Assembly: GCA_043228905.1 (NCBI GenBank) | Contig: JBHGNT010000005.1 | Location: forward strand, 124,001-188,000 | Length of the DNA: 64,000 nt | Reading direction: 5' to 3' | DNA from: Azolla caroliniana | Taxonomy: Eukaryota; Plantae; Polypodiophyta | Shown: positions 50,901 through 63,176 of the stretch, piece by piece | How the letters are laid out: each line of letters starts with the position of its first letter | How positions within the stretch are numbered: the stretch's first letter is position 1 | Program-made: the position numbers and the translations under genes | The notes under the pieces: generated by a model | The model's database searches: none | What the model saw: only the letters and a program-made list of their open reading frames with translations | Told to the model about the DNA's origin: nothing

Positions 50901-53246
50901 TAATAATGAAAAGTTCAATCTTAAATTACCTCCATATCCTTGTGTACTGATCTCCCTAGAGCATCAAGCAAAACAACATCAAGGGCAAAATTGCGTCGAC
51001 AAGATGCCTACATATCAAAAAACTTTATTTTGAAAACACTAAACACAAACATTAAGCAAAACTCCCCTGACCCCTTAACCCTGATATTTATAGAAATTTG
51101 TTCAAATAAATAGCATGATAAAAAATCATACCTTGCCTCCTACAACACTCCATATTCCATCCCCTCCTTCTTCAACCTCATAATCATCCAAAGCTCCAGT
51201 TGACCCATCAAGTGCTAATTCTAAAGGGGGATGCTGCAAGTGTCGGGAGAAAATGCATTTAAACACAAAGAAGAAATAAATCTACCTCATCAGACGAATT
51301 TTACAAAAGGAGAAATATACCTTCACATAATGATTGGACACAGTTGGCTGTGGAAGTACACGAACATAATGTACATATCCTTGCGGATTATCACTAGTTT
51401 TACCTCCATTACCCCCCATGAAGATTAATGTCCCTTGGCAATTACTTACTACAGGTCCAGTTATATGCTTTTCAGCAGCCATGACTCCATCAATATGAAG
51501 ACGAATAACCCCTCTAGCCACCTGCAGTTGATAAAATTTTGAACGAAAACATCAAATCAGAAAAAGCTGCTCACTTGCTAATCTGTTAATCTGTTTCAAG
51601 AAAAAATAATTAAAATTCCATTTTCTGCAGGAGCTTAGAATAGAGAATTCATTCAATCATGTCTCCAAACCATCTTATAAATATCATGATATTGCAATTT
51701 TGTTTGCTCATATGTACTTGCTTCATCTGTCAACATTCCAAAATTTACAAGATATCATGCTTGAATATCTTGAGGAGGATAATCTGCAAGTACAGTAAGT
51801 ATCAAACTTAGCACCCAATGAGCACATTTACACCTTGTTTTTGTCGTCAGAGGAAAAGTTATGTTTTGAAAGTGTTTCGACTTGAAACCATGATCAAGGT
51901 TTCTGTCATATATCCTTCATTAAATACATGACATGACGCATGAAAATGCTGCAATAACTTAGCCTTAAATTCAAGAGATGGAGAGAGACATCCAATGAAG
52001 AATTTGTGGAGGCGGAATTGATTAATAAGCTATAAATATAGATGAGCGCTATAGCCTATAATTACCATGTGACTACATATTACTTTTGAAATAGTAGATT
52101 TTCTTGCCTCTGGAGAAAGCCTTGTTACAATGATGATATTGATACATAATGTAGAAAGGGGGGTTCAAATGACTGAAGAGATCAACACTCATTAGAAATC
52201 ACCCTCCCCTGCCATGCAAATGGGGGATTTTAATATGGTAGAACAAACAGAAAAACTGAACTAAAGGTGAAATGAGGACCTATGCGTGTTTTCTATTTTC
52301 ACAGTTCGGATCTTCCGTGAGTTTGCATCTGTGATTGGGTATACTAGCAATGAGCAATCCTTGCATCATCAGTGATGGTTCCGTCCTTGTTAGCAGTCCT
52401 TGAAAACTAGTACAACATTGAAGGAATTCTTCAAAGTCATGCCTGATGTCCTCAATCAACAAACATCTCTAATATGACCCCATCCACCACAACTAGTATG
52501 GCCAATGGCCATGATTCTAACATCGATACTTCTGTTTAAGAAGATACATCAAATTTCAAAATATATGTTTGGCTAATGACCATGATTATAGCACCAATAA
52601 TTGTTTGGCAAAAACACATGTAATTTCAAAATATGGGTAGGGCCAAGGGCTTTGATTTTAAAATCCATTTGATTGGCTTGCAAAAATGCATACAATTGGA
52701 GCTACAGAAATACGCTTCAGGGTGGGAACAGAAACTAGAAAGATGGAAAACAATACCTCACAGCCTATATGTACCCATTTCTCTAATGGGCAAGCCTGTT
52801 GAGCAGAAACAGAGAAACCAGATTCCCATGAATGAAGGTTCAAAACTTGTTCAGGGTCAATTGATAGCAGAGGTCTTTCTTCTTTGTTTTCTGAGCAAAC
52901 CTGAAGAAAACAAAATTATGCCCGTTTCAGAATAAAAATTGTTTTTTCAGTAATAAAACATGTCATTTTAAACCAAAAAAAGCCATATGGAGTATTAGAA
53001 TATATATAATTCGAGAAACAAGCTGAAAAAAATTCAACTAACCATGCGTAAGAGAAGACCTGGCGCAGAGTTCTTCACCAAATAGATCCATAAGCAGACG
53101 GTAAAGCTTTGATTATCAGGAGAAGAAGGAGAAGGAGAAGAAGAAGAAGAAGGAGAAGAAGATGATGAGAGGGGTAAATACAGATCGTTTAAACGGCAGT
53201 AATCCTCATCTCCAAAAATGGATATGGTGTTACTCTGTTCCCTCAT
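47979..53246 (-). CDS. Plant SH2-domain (STAT-like, SHA/SHB family) protein with N-terminal LamG/ConA-like domain
   Basis: Ten GT-AG exons in consistent phase: 53246-53043, 52900-52757, 51521-51321, 51233-51132, 51007-50930, 50781-50614, 50536-49818, 49573-49411, 48761-48421, 48087-47979. Motifs: FTVCLWIYL, CPLEKWVHIGCEV, IRLHIDG (LamG); GDGIWSVVGGKASCRRNF.LDVVLLDA; EAPLLTTFDGVEFPS.ERPIKL.HGRASFKLKISQLSSKCDNRLFR; FMLRF...SWPHPDAG.L..TYVG (SH2). Confidence 0.88.
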
Positions 53247-53269
53247 ATTCTCTGTGGGGAACTCTAGTG

Positions 53270-53440
53270 CAAATCCTAAACAGGAACCCTAATTCATATC
53301 CTAACCCAAATTCAAATGCAAACCGTAGCCCAAAACCCTAATCATTACTCTTAAACCCAACCTCTAGCTCTAGCTCTACTCAAACCCTAATACTCAATAC
53401 CTAGCCCTAGCCCTAGCCCTAGCCCTAGCCCTAGCCTTAG
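53270..53440. promoter_or_regulatory. Telo-box cluster (AAACCCTA-like) and (CCCTAG)n hexamer tract just upstream of the SH2 gene start
   Basis: aaccctaa at ~53285, aaaccctaa at ~53333 and ~53383, then ctagccctagccc... at 53401-53436. Similar telo-boxes lie upstream of the formin at about 2624-2655. Confidence 0.5.
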
Positions 53441-54974
53441 CTCACAGATTCGAAGGTGCAAAAAGTGGGCATTGCATCATGAAGCATGGCCGTCCTTTCC
53501 CACGGCAGCTAGAGAACGAATTGCTGCTCTTCTTCTTCTTCTTCTTCTTCTTCTTCTTCGTCGTCGTCGTCACTGAGTCGTTGTCGTCTTCCTTCTTCTG
53601 ACTCCCAAGGCCATTGAGATTCGTTATCTTATTATTCATGGGACCTAAATATGCCAAATTTACATTTGAAGCCCAAAGCATCCAACAAAAGAAGAAGACG
53701 ATCCATGATGATGATGATGAACCTTTGCACGCTTTCTTCTTGAAGACATTATTATTACTAATTAGTATTAATTGACTCTTGATCTCAACTTCTTGACTTT
53801 GGTGATATAAGTCATCCTTCTTATTGTTAAACCAATCTACCCATGTCTCATTCTGCATCGTCCTTGCTTGCTCTTAGTGCGTGTGCCGCCCAACCAGCAT
53901 GCGTGTTGCTCCCATGAAATGCAACCATGCATGCATTATTACCATTGATGATGCATGGCATCCTAGAGGAGGATGAGCCCCCCAATAAAGAAAATTGTTG
54001 CATTACTACTCCCATCAACTTCTTTTTATAGATATGCTTTGACGTCATGCCTACCTTCAAATACAAAAGCATTGCGCATATCCTAATAATGCCGCAATCC
54101 CCAATTCCTCATAAATAAGAAAACGATCTCCATCTTTGATTTTGGGCCAACTTGTTTGAATTGTGCAAACACCCATTGTCTAGGCATCAAATAACATTGT
54201 GATAAAACTTGCCAAAGTTGAGAAATATAACTCTAAATCTGACAAGCAATCATACACTATATGAAACGATGAGTTCTATATTCCATTTGATTAGTGCAAA
54301 AGATACAATAATATTGCCCGTTGCTAGTCCACGTCGCTTTAGAGAGCATCCCAAAGGCAAACCCCCAATCAAAACTCTTCAAATGAAAACCTTTGCTACA
54401 AGTGGTAATTTAGAATGTTAACTACGTTTGAATATCTCCCACTATCCATGATCAGATTTATGTATTTTCCGTTCTTCATCAGTCTTAGATGATAGCCATC
54501 GAAGAGACTCAATGGAGCAATGATACAAAAGATTAACAGTCACTTGTAAAACAATGTCTAACCCCAAAAGCATCAATCAATCCATGATTGCTCTTTTGTT
54601 TGTAAAGGTAAAGGACCTTCCATCAATGCAACATTTTCTAATTGTTGCCAGATAACACTCATAATTAGGCAGGATGCATAATAATTATTGCACTTCAACA
54701 AACTCCAAAATTCTTTGAGATGGGGCTTCAACTATATCTCCCTCCTCTTTGATCCCCAAACGAAACAAACGATTAAATTGAGAGCACCATCTCCCCTTTC
54801 CAGACCAACACAATAACCAAGAATACATAAGTAACCCTTTTTGCAAAGAATTACAATATTGTCTACTAGATGATGGTTTCCATACACATAACGAGAGTAC
54901 CTCTTGCCATGAAATAACCAAGTGTTAAACACATGAAGTGCTAGGAATCTTAAATGAAATACATACGTTTAGTT

Positions 54975-56570
54975 ATTGCCCCTATCATCGACTCTTTTTG
55001 GGATCTATATTGATGAGATCACTGATTTTATTGCTTGTAAGGGAGGCAACGAAGTAGTCCTAGGGGGTACCCAAGTCAATCTCTTGCTCTAATATGCAAA
55101 AGACATATTTTTACTCTATGATTCTGAACACAACGTACAAAGGAACCTTAATGCCTTGAATGACTTTTGCACACAAAGAGGATGGGTAGTGAATCTAGGG
55201 AAAACTAAAGTCCTTATCTTCCACAAATCTACTCGAGTTAGGACTAAATGTCACCTAAGAGTCTCTCATAGACTAGTTGAAGTAGTTGGATGATATGTAT
55301 ATCTTAGAGACACTTTCAGTGACCCCTCGGGTAAATTTTTTATGACACATGCAACAAAAGATAGACTAACAAGAGGATATGCATCCCTCTCACTTCTCGA
55401 GAGACAATGCAACCATGCATACTTTCAAGAGCCATGAATTCAGGGGTGGCTCTTCGACTCATTAGCGCCCCTTCCCTCATGTATGCATTAGTGGTTTGGG
55501 CTCGATGGCTACCACCTTTCATGTGGACGCAATTAGAGAGACCATAATTGGTGATGATGATGTCATGTCAACTCTGATGCAAATCGAAAGTGCCACGTGA
55601 CATAATTAGAGCAAAGTTTACTTTACCCCTAATGCTAGTAGAAGTACTTTTTCAACCATAATTATTATTATAGGTTACATAGCCAATGATAAGATAGGAT
55701 ATCTTGTCAAGCTTTTGAGGCATCTCCATCACTCAAATGAGCCCGAAGATACTAGCTCTTGGTATAACATTGTGGTAAGTTGGCTTTTTGTAAGTGGCCT
55801 AGATATTAATAATATATATTCTTGCTCTTAGGTACAATTGTCGTACTTGGAAGGACTTGAACACATAACACACGTGTTCATAGTTATTTTGTTTAACCAT
55901 CAAGCCATTATCGATATTAGTTAATGATGAAGGTAATTACATGTCATAGTATATGCATGCAAAAGTGGTGTGCATGCAAAATGCATGTGTGACAAGTGGC
56001 GTTCATGCAAAAGTCCTTCACAAGTATAACAGAATGCTATAGAGTTTTGAGTGAAGCATAATCGTATATGGAAGAACTCTTCCTCCCTATATTGTATACA
56101 TATCTTTTCATTCTTATATTATGATAGCTTTAATCTTCCCTCTATATCTACATCATTTGTTTATGTCTATGTTCCTATCTCTATACATGTATGTTATTTA
56201 TTGATCTTGGGAGCCTACTACGTGTTTCGCCGTGCATGTAGACTTGCCAAAACTCTAACAACAACCATGAGATCGATAAAACTTTAACCTCTCATGAGGA
56301 CTGTAATAAAGCAATATGCCAAGAAATACGACAAATTTACATTCGACATAAATGGATCAACCACTAGAGCCATTCCCACCTAAAATTTTATACTATAAGG
56401 AACACTACATGCACTTCCCTAATTTAGGTTTCGTTCTTACCAAATGCACTGAGGGTCATCAGACAACTTAGAGTATCATCTCATTAACTTGAGGTTGAGA
56501 ATGGTCATGTTAATGGACTTCCTTGAGAGGAAAGAATATATAGATAATGTCACATAGACATATTAGGATC
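54975..56570 (+). mobile_element. Decayed non-L1 LINE (RTEX/L2/CR1-like RT and C-terminal motif), interrupted at about 55810-56190
   Basis: Conceptual translation with stops and frameshifts: CPLSSTLFGIYIDE...NLLL*YAKDIFLL...VQRNLNALNDFC...VVNLGKTKVLIF...VEVVG*YVYL, and later IRQLRVSSH*LEVENGHVNGLP*EERIYR*CH. Confidence 0.75.
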
Positions 56571-57792
56571 CCTTCCCAACTATTTGATATCCCAAATATA
56601 AAGAAACTAGGAAGATATATATTAGAGCTAAAACAACATAGAAGAATAAGCTACAAAATACTAACCATAACCTTTCTAACATTCACCAACAAGTAATCAA
56701 TGAAAATTTTCATGGATAGGAGGGGACAATGAGCTTCGACACACCCGCACGATTCGACCTCTCCTTCGCTAAAGTAGAAAACCAAAGAACAACCAAATGC
56801 ACTCGAATGCCAAGCCTCAAAGTCACTCGTTGTGTAGAAACAATTAAAGAAGATAGTTACACTGGCTAGAAGTTATGGTCGAGGTACCTTTTACATCAGG
56901 ACCACATGCCACACCCACATCGAAACCCTTTGACCTCCCGCTCCTTTTCAAGAGACTTGGATGGAAATGAAACTAGGGTGTAACACATAGTTAGTTTGTT
57001 GTAACCAATCGTCTGATGGGGCCGATTTGGTTTTCGGAGATCACTCTCTCTCACACACAATTAGCTCAACCTATTGGTAAGTTATTCTATTATTAGCCCT
57101 ACGTCTTGGGTTCGAGACTCACTTTTCTTACCTCTCTATTACTCCATACGTATCCTATTAATGTACTAGATGCCATTGTGGAATGTAGGGGGTCTCTCTC
57201 TCTCTCTCTCTCTCTCTCAATGCAAGATATAGAAGATGGGATGCAACACACTTGCTTCATGATGTTCCAATATAGGCTCTTCTCGGAATGAAGCCTTTTG
57301 TAATGCTAATGTACCATGACATGGGAAAAAAGTGTACGCTCAAGCGTCACACATTATTCTACATATTTTGCATTTGACCACAAACCCATCTTCTTCATCA
57401 ATGGGGAGCCACGCACATCAACACATGTAAGCCCATTCCACTGTCTATCATTCAAACCATTGCTTTTGTAAAACTTATCTCACATTCACTATAATCTAGA
57501 AAGAGGAGTATTTGGAACCAATCATGAGAGTAGATGACGAAGCACACTTTGCCCTAAAAAGTTCTGGACTCTAAGAGTGGGTTTAAGTTCCATACTTTGA
57601 CACAATGCTCTACCTTTTATCACATTTCAATATTCTCTCCACAAATCCTCAACGAAATCTAGTTGCACAAATTTTTCTCATAACCACAATATGCACTTTC
57701 AATTGCAACATACACTCACTTTCACTTGTATTACATGAAAATGCTATAGTTTTTGTCACATAGGTTGTATTTTAGCTCCGAAGATGATAGAA

Positions 57793-57853
<61 letters not shown>

Positions 57854-57855
57854 CT
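57793..57855. repeat. (CT)n(CTTT)n microsatellite
   Basis: Directly visible. Confidence 0.9.
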
Positions 57856-58272
57856 CCATATTGTAGTGGCACCATAGACCATTCCTAACAAGGAATTCTC
57901 CTAGAATTCCCCATTTAAATCATTATGTAGTGGCATTACTAACCATTTCTAACTAAAACTCTCTTGATCTCTCTCTAAATGATTACATTTTTTTGGCTCC
58001 TCTCTCTCTCTAAACTCAACTAATCAATTCAATTGTACTCTCTAAAATGGACTTTCCAAACTGTCAAATGATTGTTATGCATCCTATATTGGTAAGCATA
58101 AACGTATTGTATTGGATTCCTTGAGACAAGTGTTTGACAATAGTGCATATAATTTTTATGTCAATTTTAATGGAGATTAATTTACAAAACTTGAGACTCT
58201 CACTAATTAGAAACTTCAACTACTAATTGCTCTACTTGGCAAGTATTTTGCTAATTTCATTACTTAGTTGTT

Positions 58273-58614
58273 GATTTTGTTTCCAAAACACAAGCTCTAT
58301 CTTCTTGTAGCTTGCTGCTAAACAATTATGTGCTGTATGTTGCTTATGATGAACTTCTTTATTGGTGTGCATAATAATAGTGTTCTGATTTTGTTTCCAA
58401 AACACAAGCTCTATCTTCTTGTAGCTTGCTGCTAAACAATTATGTGCTGTATGTTGCTTATGATGAACTTCTTTATTGGTGTGCATAATAATAGTGTTCT
58501 GATTTTGTTTCCAAAACACAAGCTCTATCTTCTTGTAGCTTGCTGCTAAACAATTATGTGCTGTATGTTGCTTATGATGAACTTCTTTATTGGTGTGCAT
58601 AATAATAGTGTTCT
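58273..58614. repeat. Tandem triplication, 3 x 114 bp, apparently identical
   Basis: Unit gattttgtttccaaaacacaag...ataataatagtgttct starts at 58273, 58387 and 58501. Confidence 0.95.
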
Positions 58615-59381
58615 AGTGATTAGGAAGCCTACACACTGACTGAGCATAAATATATATAATTTTGACAATAAGCATACCTTTAGAAATTTATATCCATAAA
58701 AATCATTATTTAGGTGGGGCTTCCCTTTTATGTATTCCATTCAAAATACACTATGCCAATATCACAACATCAAGCCAATTGTGTTGAAAAGCATAATTCC
58801 ATCCATGGGAAGATGAATATAATTAATGTCTAAATTTCTTGAGAGAATATAACCATGCCATAATCATCAAAAATCAAAATATCCTTGATTGGTATGATGA
58901 ATATATTGAACTGACTTTCAATACCCATCAAAATATATTCTGCAATGATCACAATATCGATATAATTGTATCGGAAAAGCATAATAATAAACGGAGAATG
59001 AGCATGTTGAATGTCACAAATCATGGAATCATACTGATGTAAGCTTAGAATACAGTTCAACACACTTATAATGGTGCTAGTATTAGATCTCTGCACTGAA
59101 AATGAATTTCATAGGATGAAAGAACTACACATATACACTTACAATTCCTGATGACCCCATCCAACTCAGAATTTTACAGTGAATTAAAAGGATCCATGCT
59201 TTTTTAACATAGCAATTGCTACTCCAAAGTTAGATCCAATAGAAAGAGATGAAGTACACGCTTGTTTGTGCAAAATACTACATATTGAAACTAGAACCTA
59301 AAGCAACAAACAACTCTTGGTGAGCAAGAACGGGATTGACAAGAAGAAAAAAAGAAGAAAACCAATTACCTTGCTTTTCTC

Positions 59382-62207
59382 CTAGGAATGAGAATAAACC
59401 GCAGCACAGAATGATTGCAGCTGTGGTAGACTCGTAAGCAATTGAATGAACCTATTCTCATCTCCTTCCTCAAGAAGCAACACCCCCATGTTTGCTACCT
59501 GAGGAACAAGCTTTACTAACGGTATACCAGCTTCTTCCCTACCTTGATACATCTCATTGAAATCCTCGATTATTCGATTCAATATCACACCAGATGTAGA
59601 TATTAGTACCTCGTTGAACTCCTTACTGAAATACCAATGCGTCCATAGTTAGGAGTTACAGATATAAAACATCTCCCTATGCTAACATATGTTAAGCAAA
59701 GTACGTGAAGATGCAGTTTGTCATGTTTAAACATAGTTACCTATCTAAGATATCCCTTGTCTCTTGCATCAATATTTCCATTTTTTCTTTACTATCTTTT
59801 GACAATATCTCTTCTACCTCACATTCCACCAAAAGTTCACTGGGGAGTATATTATTTTCTGGGAGAATGTACGGTAGCCAACTCAATTTATTTGCGGCAA
59901 GAGACCTCACAATACTTTCAAATATTTCTTGCAAATCGTTCAGTGTGCAAGGCTCTCTTAGTGACTTGCTGCAAATCAAAGGAAAATCAACAGAGATTCG
60001 GATCAATCCAAATGTAAAGAAGAAAAAACTTCACTAACTTCGACAAAACATGCTTGACAGCTAGCTTTGAATCTGAAATCAATAGCTCCAATCCAATAGA
60101 AGGAAGAAATTCTGCAAACGTGAGATATTTCTGTTGGAAAAACCTAGAAAACCCGCCTTTTGGATCCTGCACAATGAACCAAAACTCCATCAGTTCAACA
60201 ACATCATGACCAAACAATATATTAGGATGTGGTCTAATCAAAATATACCATTGAATCTGTATTTGAGATATCACGCGCAGTGTGTATGTAAACGTGCCTT
60301 GCTAGAATGTTAAGCTGAACACGTACGAATAGAATTAGCAACAAAAGCGCCCACATGGAGGTGATGGTCAGAGTAAAGCCTGAGAAACATAGCAAGTTCA
60401 TAAAGTTTCAACTAGCATTTGCAAAATTAATCGAAGAAAACAGCACACAAATGTACTTAATATTTTCAGCTCCTCCCAAAGTTCCCTTTTTTCTTCTGAA
60501 GAGAGAATATGTGGAGATTCTTTCCCTTGTTCCAGTTTTTTTCTTAAGCTCAATAAGTCGATCTGGTCTAGGATTGCTTTTCTAAGGTTCGGCAAAATAG
60601 ATGGCAATGTTCCGTTGTCAGATATTTGCTGTACACTCTGAAAATGGTGCTCTAACCTGAATTATTACCACAAGGTAGCATGTGACATGCATGTCAGATC
60701 TAAATTACAACAATAGAAAGATAACCAAAAAAGTCAAGCAGTAACATACTGAGCCTCCATCCTCAGCTCAGCTTGACGAAGCATATATGCATGGGCTTCT
60801 CTTTCTTGTATGCTAGTAAAATGTGTTTTGATGGCTCGATAGCAGATATATCCAACTCCTGCTGCACTTGCTGACACCAGAAGTGCAGTTTTATGCTTTT
60901 TAATCCAGTTCCTAAATCAAGCAGAAAAACAAAGATAAATATCATTAGAGTTGCCATAATAGTTACAAGCTAAAAAAGACTAAAGGTGGAAAGTAGTGAC
61001 ATCATATATGCACCAGAATTCACGATGTATGAGTCACAATTAAGCATTTGTAATCACATCTCACCTGATCTGGAATGCGAAAGTTATCACAATGGTTTTG
61101 ATTTACTTTTTTTTACATATGCCATCTATGACTTTGAAATGAACCTATCGTGTTTCTTGACCTCTGGTCTAAAATATTGTATCAAGTTCTACCTACAGTT
61201 TTTCTTTACAAAGAAGATTAAGAAAGTATAAGTTCAGTCAACACAACACTATTATGGTAAGATTTAAGAGTCTTCATAAATTTACAAACGAAATGGAAAC
61301 TTTGAGAGTGCAGGTGACAAACTTCATCTACCTTTGCTTATTATTAGGAGATCAGCAAAGTATAAGCTCAGACAACATATCACTATTGTGGTGAAAAATA
61401 GAATCTTGATTGGGATTACATAGGAAAATTACTGTTAAGTACAGCCTGGTTTGCTTTCTATAAGTTGATTAATGATAAAAGAAGTGCCATTTTAGCTCAA
61501 TCAAAATTCTTATCATGGTAATTTTAGGGTCTTGATCCCTAGCCACATGAAAAATGGAGTAGCAAATCACAATATATGTCATTTGATAAAAACACCATCT
61601 GATATGATAAACTTTATCATTACCCTAGGATCAAGTCGTGTAAGGAGAGTGAAGTGAATCACTTGCTAAAAACACAATCTCATAAAATAAACTTTATCAT
61701 TACTTTAGATCATGTGATGTAAAGTGGAGCATGGTGAACCATGATATATGTCATTTGATAGAAACATTATCTCAGAAAATAATGCTAACCATTACTCTTA
61801 AAACTGATGTGATTCAAGAGTATTATTGAACCGTGCTACATCAATATGAGAAACATTATGATTAACATAGAATTGACATCATTTGGTAAAAAGATCATCT
61901 GTTCATGATAAGGTCCGTTGCTCTTAGAGACATGTCACGGGAAATGGAGAATATTGAAATCAAGTAGCATCAGTGTATCCTTTGATAGAAGAAAAAGAAG
62001 AAATTATTATGACATATAAGTAGATTGTTTATCACCAGTGAAAATAACATGAATAAATACAATATTTATGAATTCGAGAAAATCCTGAATTTTCTCTTAG
62101 ACATTGCTAACTCGAACGGATTCAAAGCGTAGAAAACTGAACACAGAAAAGAGAAGACAAAAGGAGACAAGAGAGAGAGAGAGAGAGAAGCACCTGATGG
62201 ACATCAT
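59382..62207 (-). CDS. PEX3: Peroxisome biogenesis protein 3 (peroxin-3)
   Basis: Exons: 62207-62194 (MMSIR), 60911-60750 (NWIKKHKTALLVSASAAGVGYICY, basic plus hydrophobic membrane anchor), 60656-60457 (HFQSVQQISD..TLP...KRELWEELKILS), 60379-60249 (FT...WAL.LL.LFVRVQLNILARH.Y), 60166-60039 (QQKYL), 59968-59741 and 59625-59382 (GIPLVKLVPQV...NRFIQ....LPQLQSFCAAVY). Phases are consistent. Confidence 0.92.
61480..61980. repeat. Degenerate ~90-bp tandem array in PEX3 intron 1
   Basis: Recurrent atttgataaaaaca..atct....ataaactttatcattac.ttag..catgt...aaa.tggag near 61580, 61660, 61752 and 61880. Confidence 0.6.
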
Positions 62208-62501
62208 TATTCCTTGCTTGGTAGCTGCGGAAACAAAAGAAAAAGAACACTCAGAGGCGCATCTTTTGTTCTCTTCGTCTATTAGAACGAACAAAGTCCT
62301 GCAGAGTCGACGCTATAGAATCTCGGCCTCTGTCTCGATCGATGGACTTGCTATGCAATCATCTATGGATGTGTGTGATATGTTTGTATGTATGTGTATG
62401 GCATGTATGTATGTATATGGTATACATACATACATACATATATGTACATGCATTTATCGTTATATTTGGAAGTGTTTGCAATTCAAACTCCCCCTTCCTC
62501 A

Positions 62502-63110
62502 TAGGAATCGGCAACGGCTCGGCTCAAGCCTAAACCGGTTTTAACGGCTTAGCGGCTCGGTTTAGGCGTGAGCCTACCTAAACGGTTTGACCTCGGCTCG
62601 ACTTGGCTTGAGCCTTGCGAAACCGGCTCAAGCCGTTCAGAATTTTAGGGTTTAGAAAGTTAGAACTTGAAAGTTGACAAAGAGAATGACACGAAGCCGT
62701 AGGCAAGATACTATTGAGTGACGAGAGAGGGAGAGAGAGCTTGCATAGTGGACGATCAAGGACCTCCTTGTTGTTCAGTGCTATATACATTCTTTGGAGA
62801 AGGATTGGATTACCAAGAGTAATAGGTCGTCATAGCCTCGGGCCTCGTGGTTCGGGTGGTGGGAGGCAGGGGATTCATGGATGTCAGCCGACCAATCATA
62901 GTAGTCTACAAAGAGGGAGTCGTGGAGGTGGGACTTGGAGTTGAGTTTGACTCATCATTGGTAAGGCCGAGGGGGTGGGAGTTATGAGGAAGAGAAGAAG
63001 AGTAGGAGGAAGTAGTAGTGGTGGGGGTGGGGGTGTTTTTTGGGTATCTTCAGCTTTTTTGTCCCAACCTGGTTCACAAACCAGTTTAGGCCAAACCGGT
63101 TAAGCTTAAA
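62502..63110. mobile_element. One-ended hAT-like non-autonomous element upstream of PEX3
   Basis: Starts TAGGAATCGGCAACGG (compare TIR TAACAATCGGCAAC at 8746), followed by ggctc/gagcc/aaaccggtt subterminal repeats and a GA-rich interior. aaaccggtt motifs recur near 63080-63105. No matching right TIR or TSD seen. Confidence 0.5.
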
Positions 63111-63176
63111 CGAATAATGGGGAATGCCTAGTGTGTGAGGAAGTTCCTCACACACTAGGCATTGCCCCATTATTCG
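63111..63176. other. Near-perfect 66-bp palindrome
   Basis: CGAATAATGGGGAATGCCTAGTGTGTGAGGAA-g-TTCCTCACACACTAGGCATT(g)CCCCATTATTCG: 32-bp arms, one bulged base. Confidence 0.9.

Noticed and set aside
53442-54072. 138-aa and 74-aa ORFs upstream of the SH2 gene
   Set aside because: Low complexity and microsatellite-driven (poly-K/T/S), with no recognisable domain. Probably promoter or leader sequence, although an upstream ORF cannot be excluded.
54430-54930. Possible minus-strand LINE C-terminal remnant (W..CW.GK.R...F)
   Set aside because: Similarity is too weak to support a call by eye.
58232-58600. 122-aa repetitive ORF, and box C/D-like ATGATGA...CTGA in each 114-bp unit
   Set aside because: The ORF is a by-product of a unit length divisible by three. 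The C-to-D distance (~45 nt) is short, with no terminal stem or recognisable guide.
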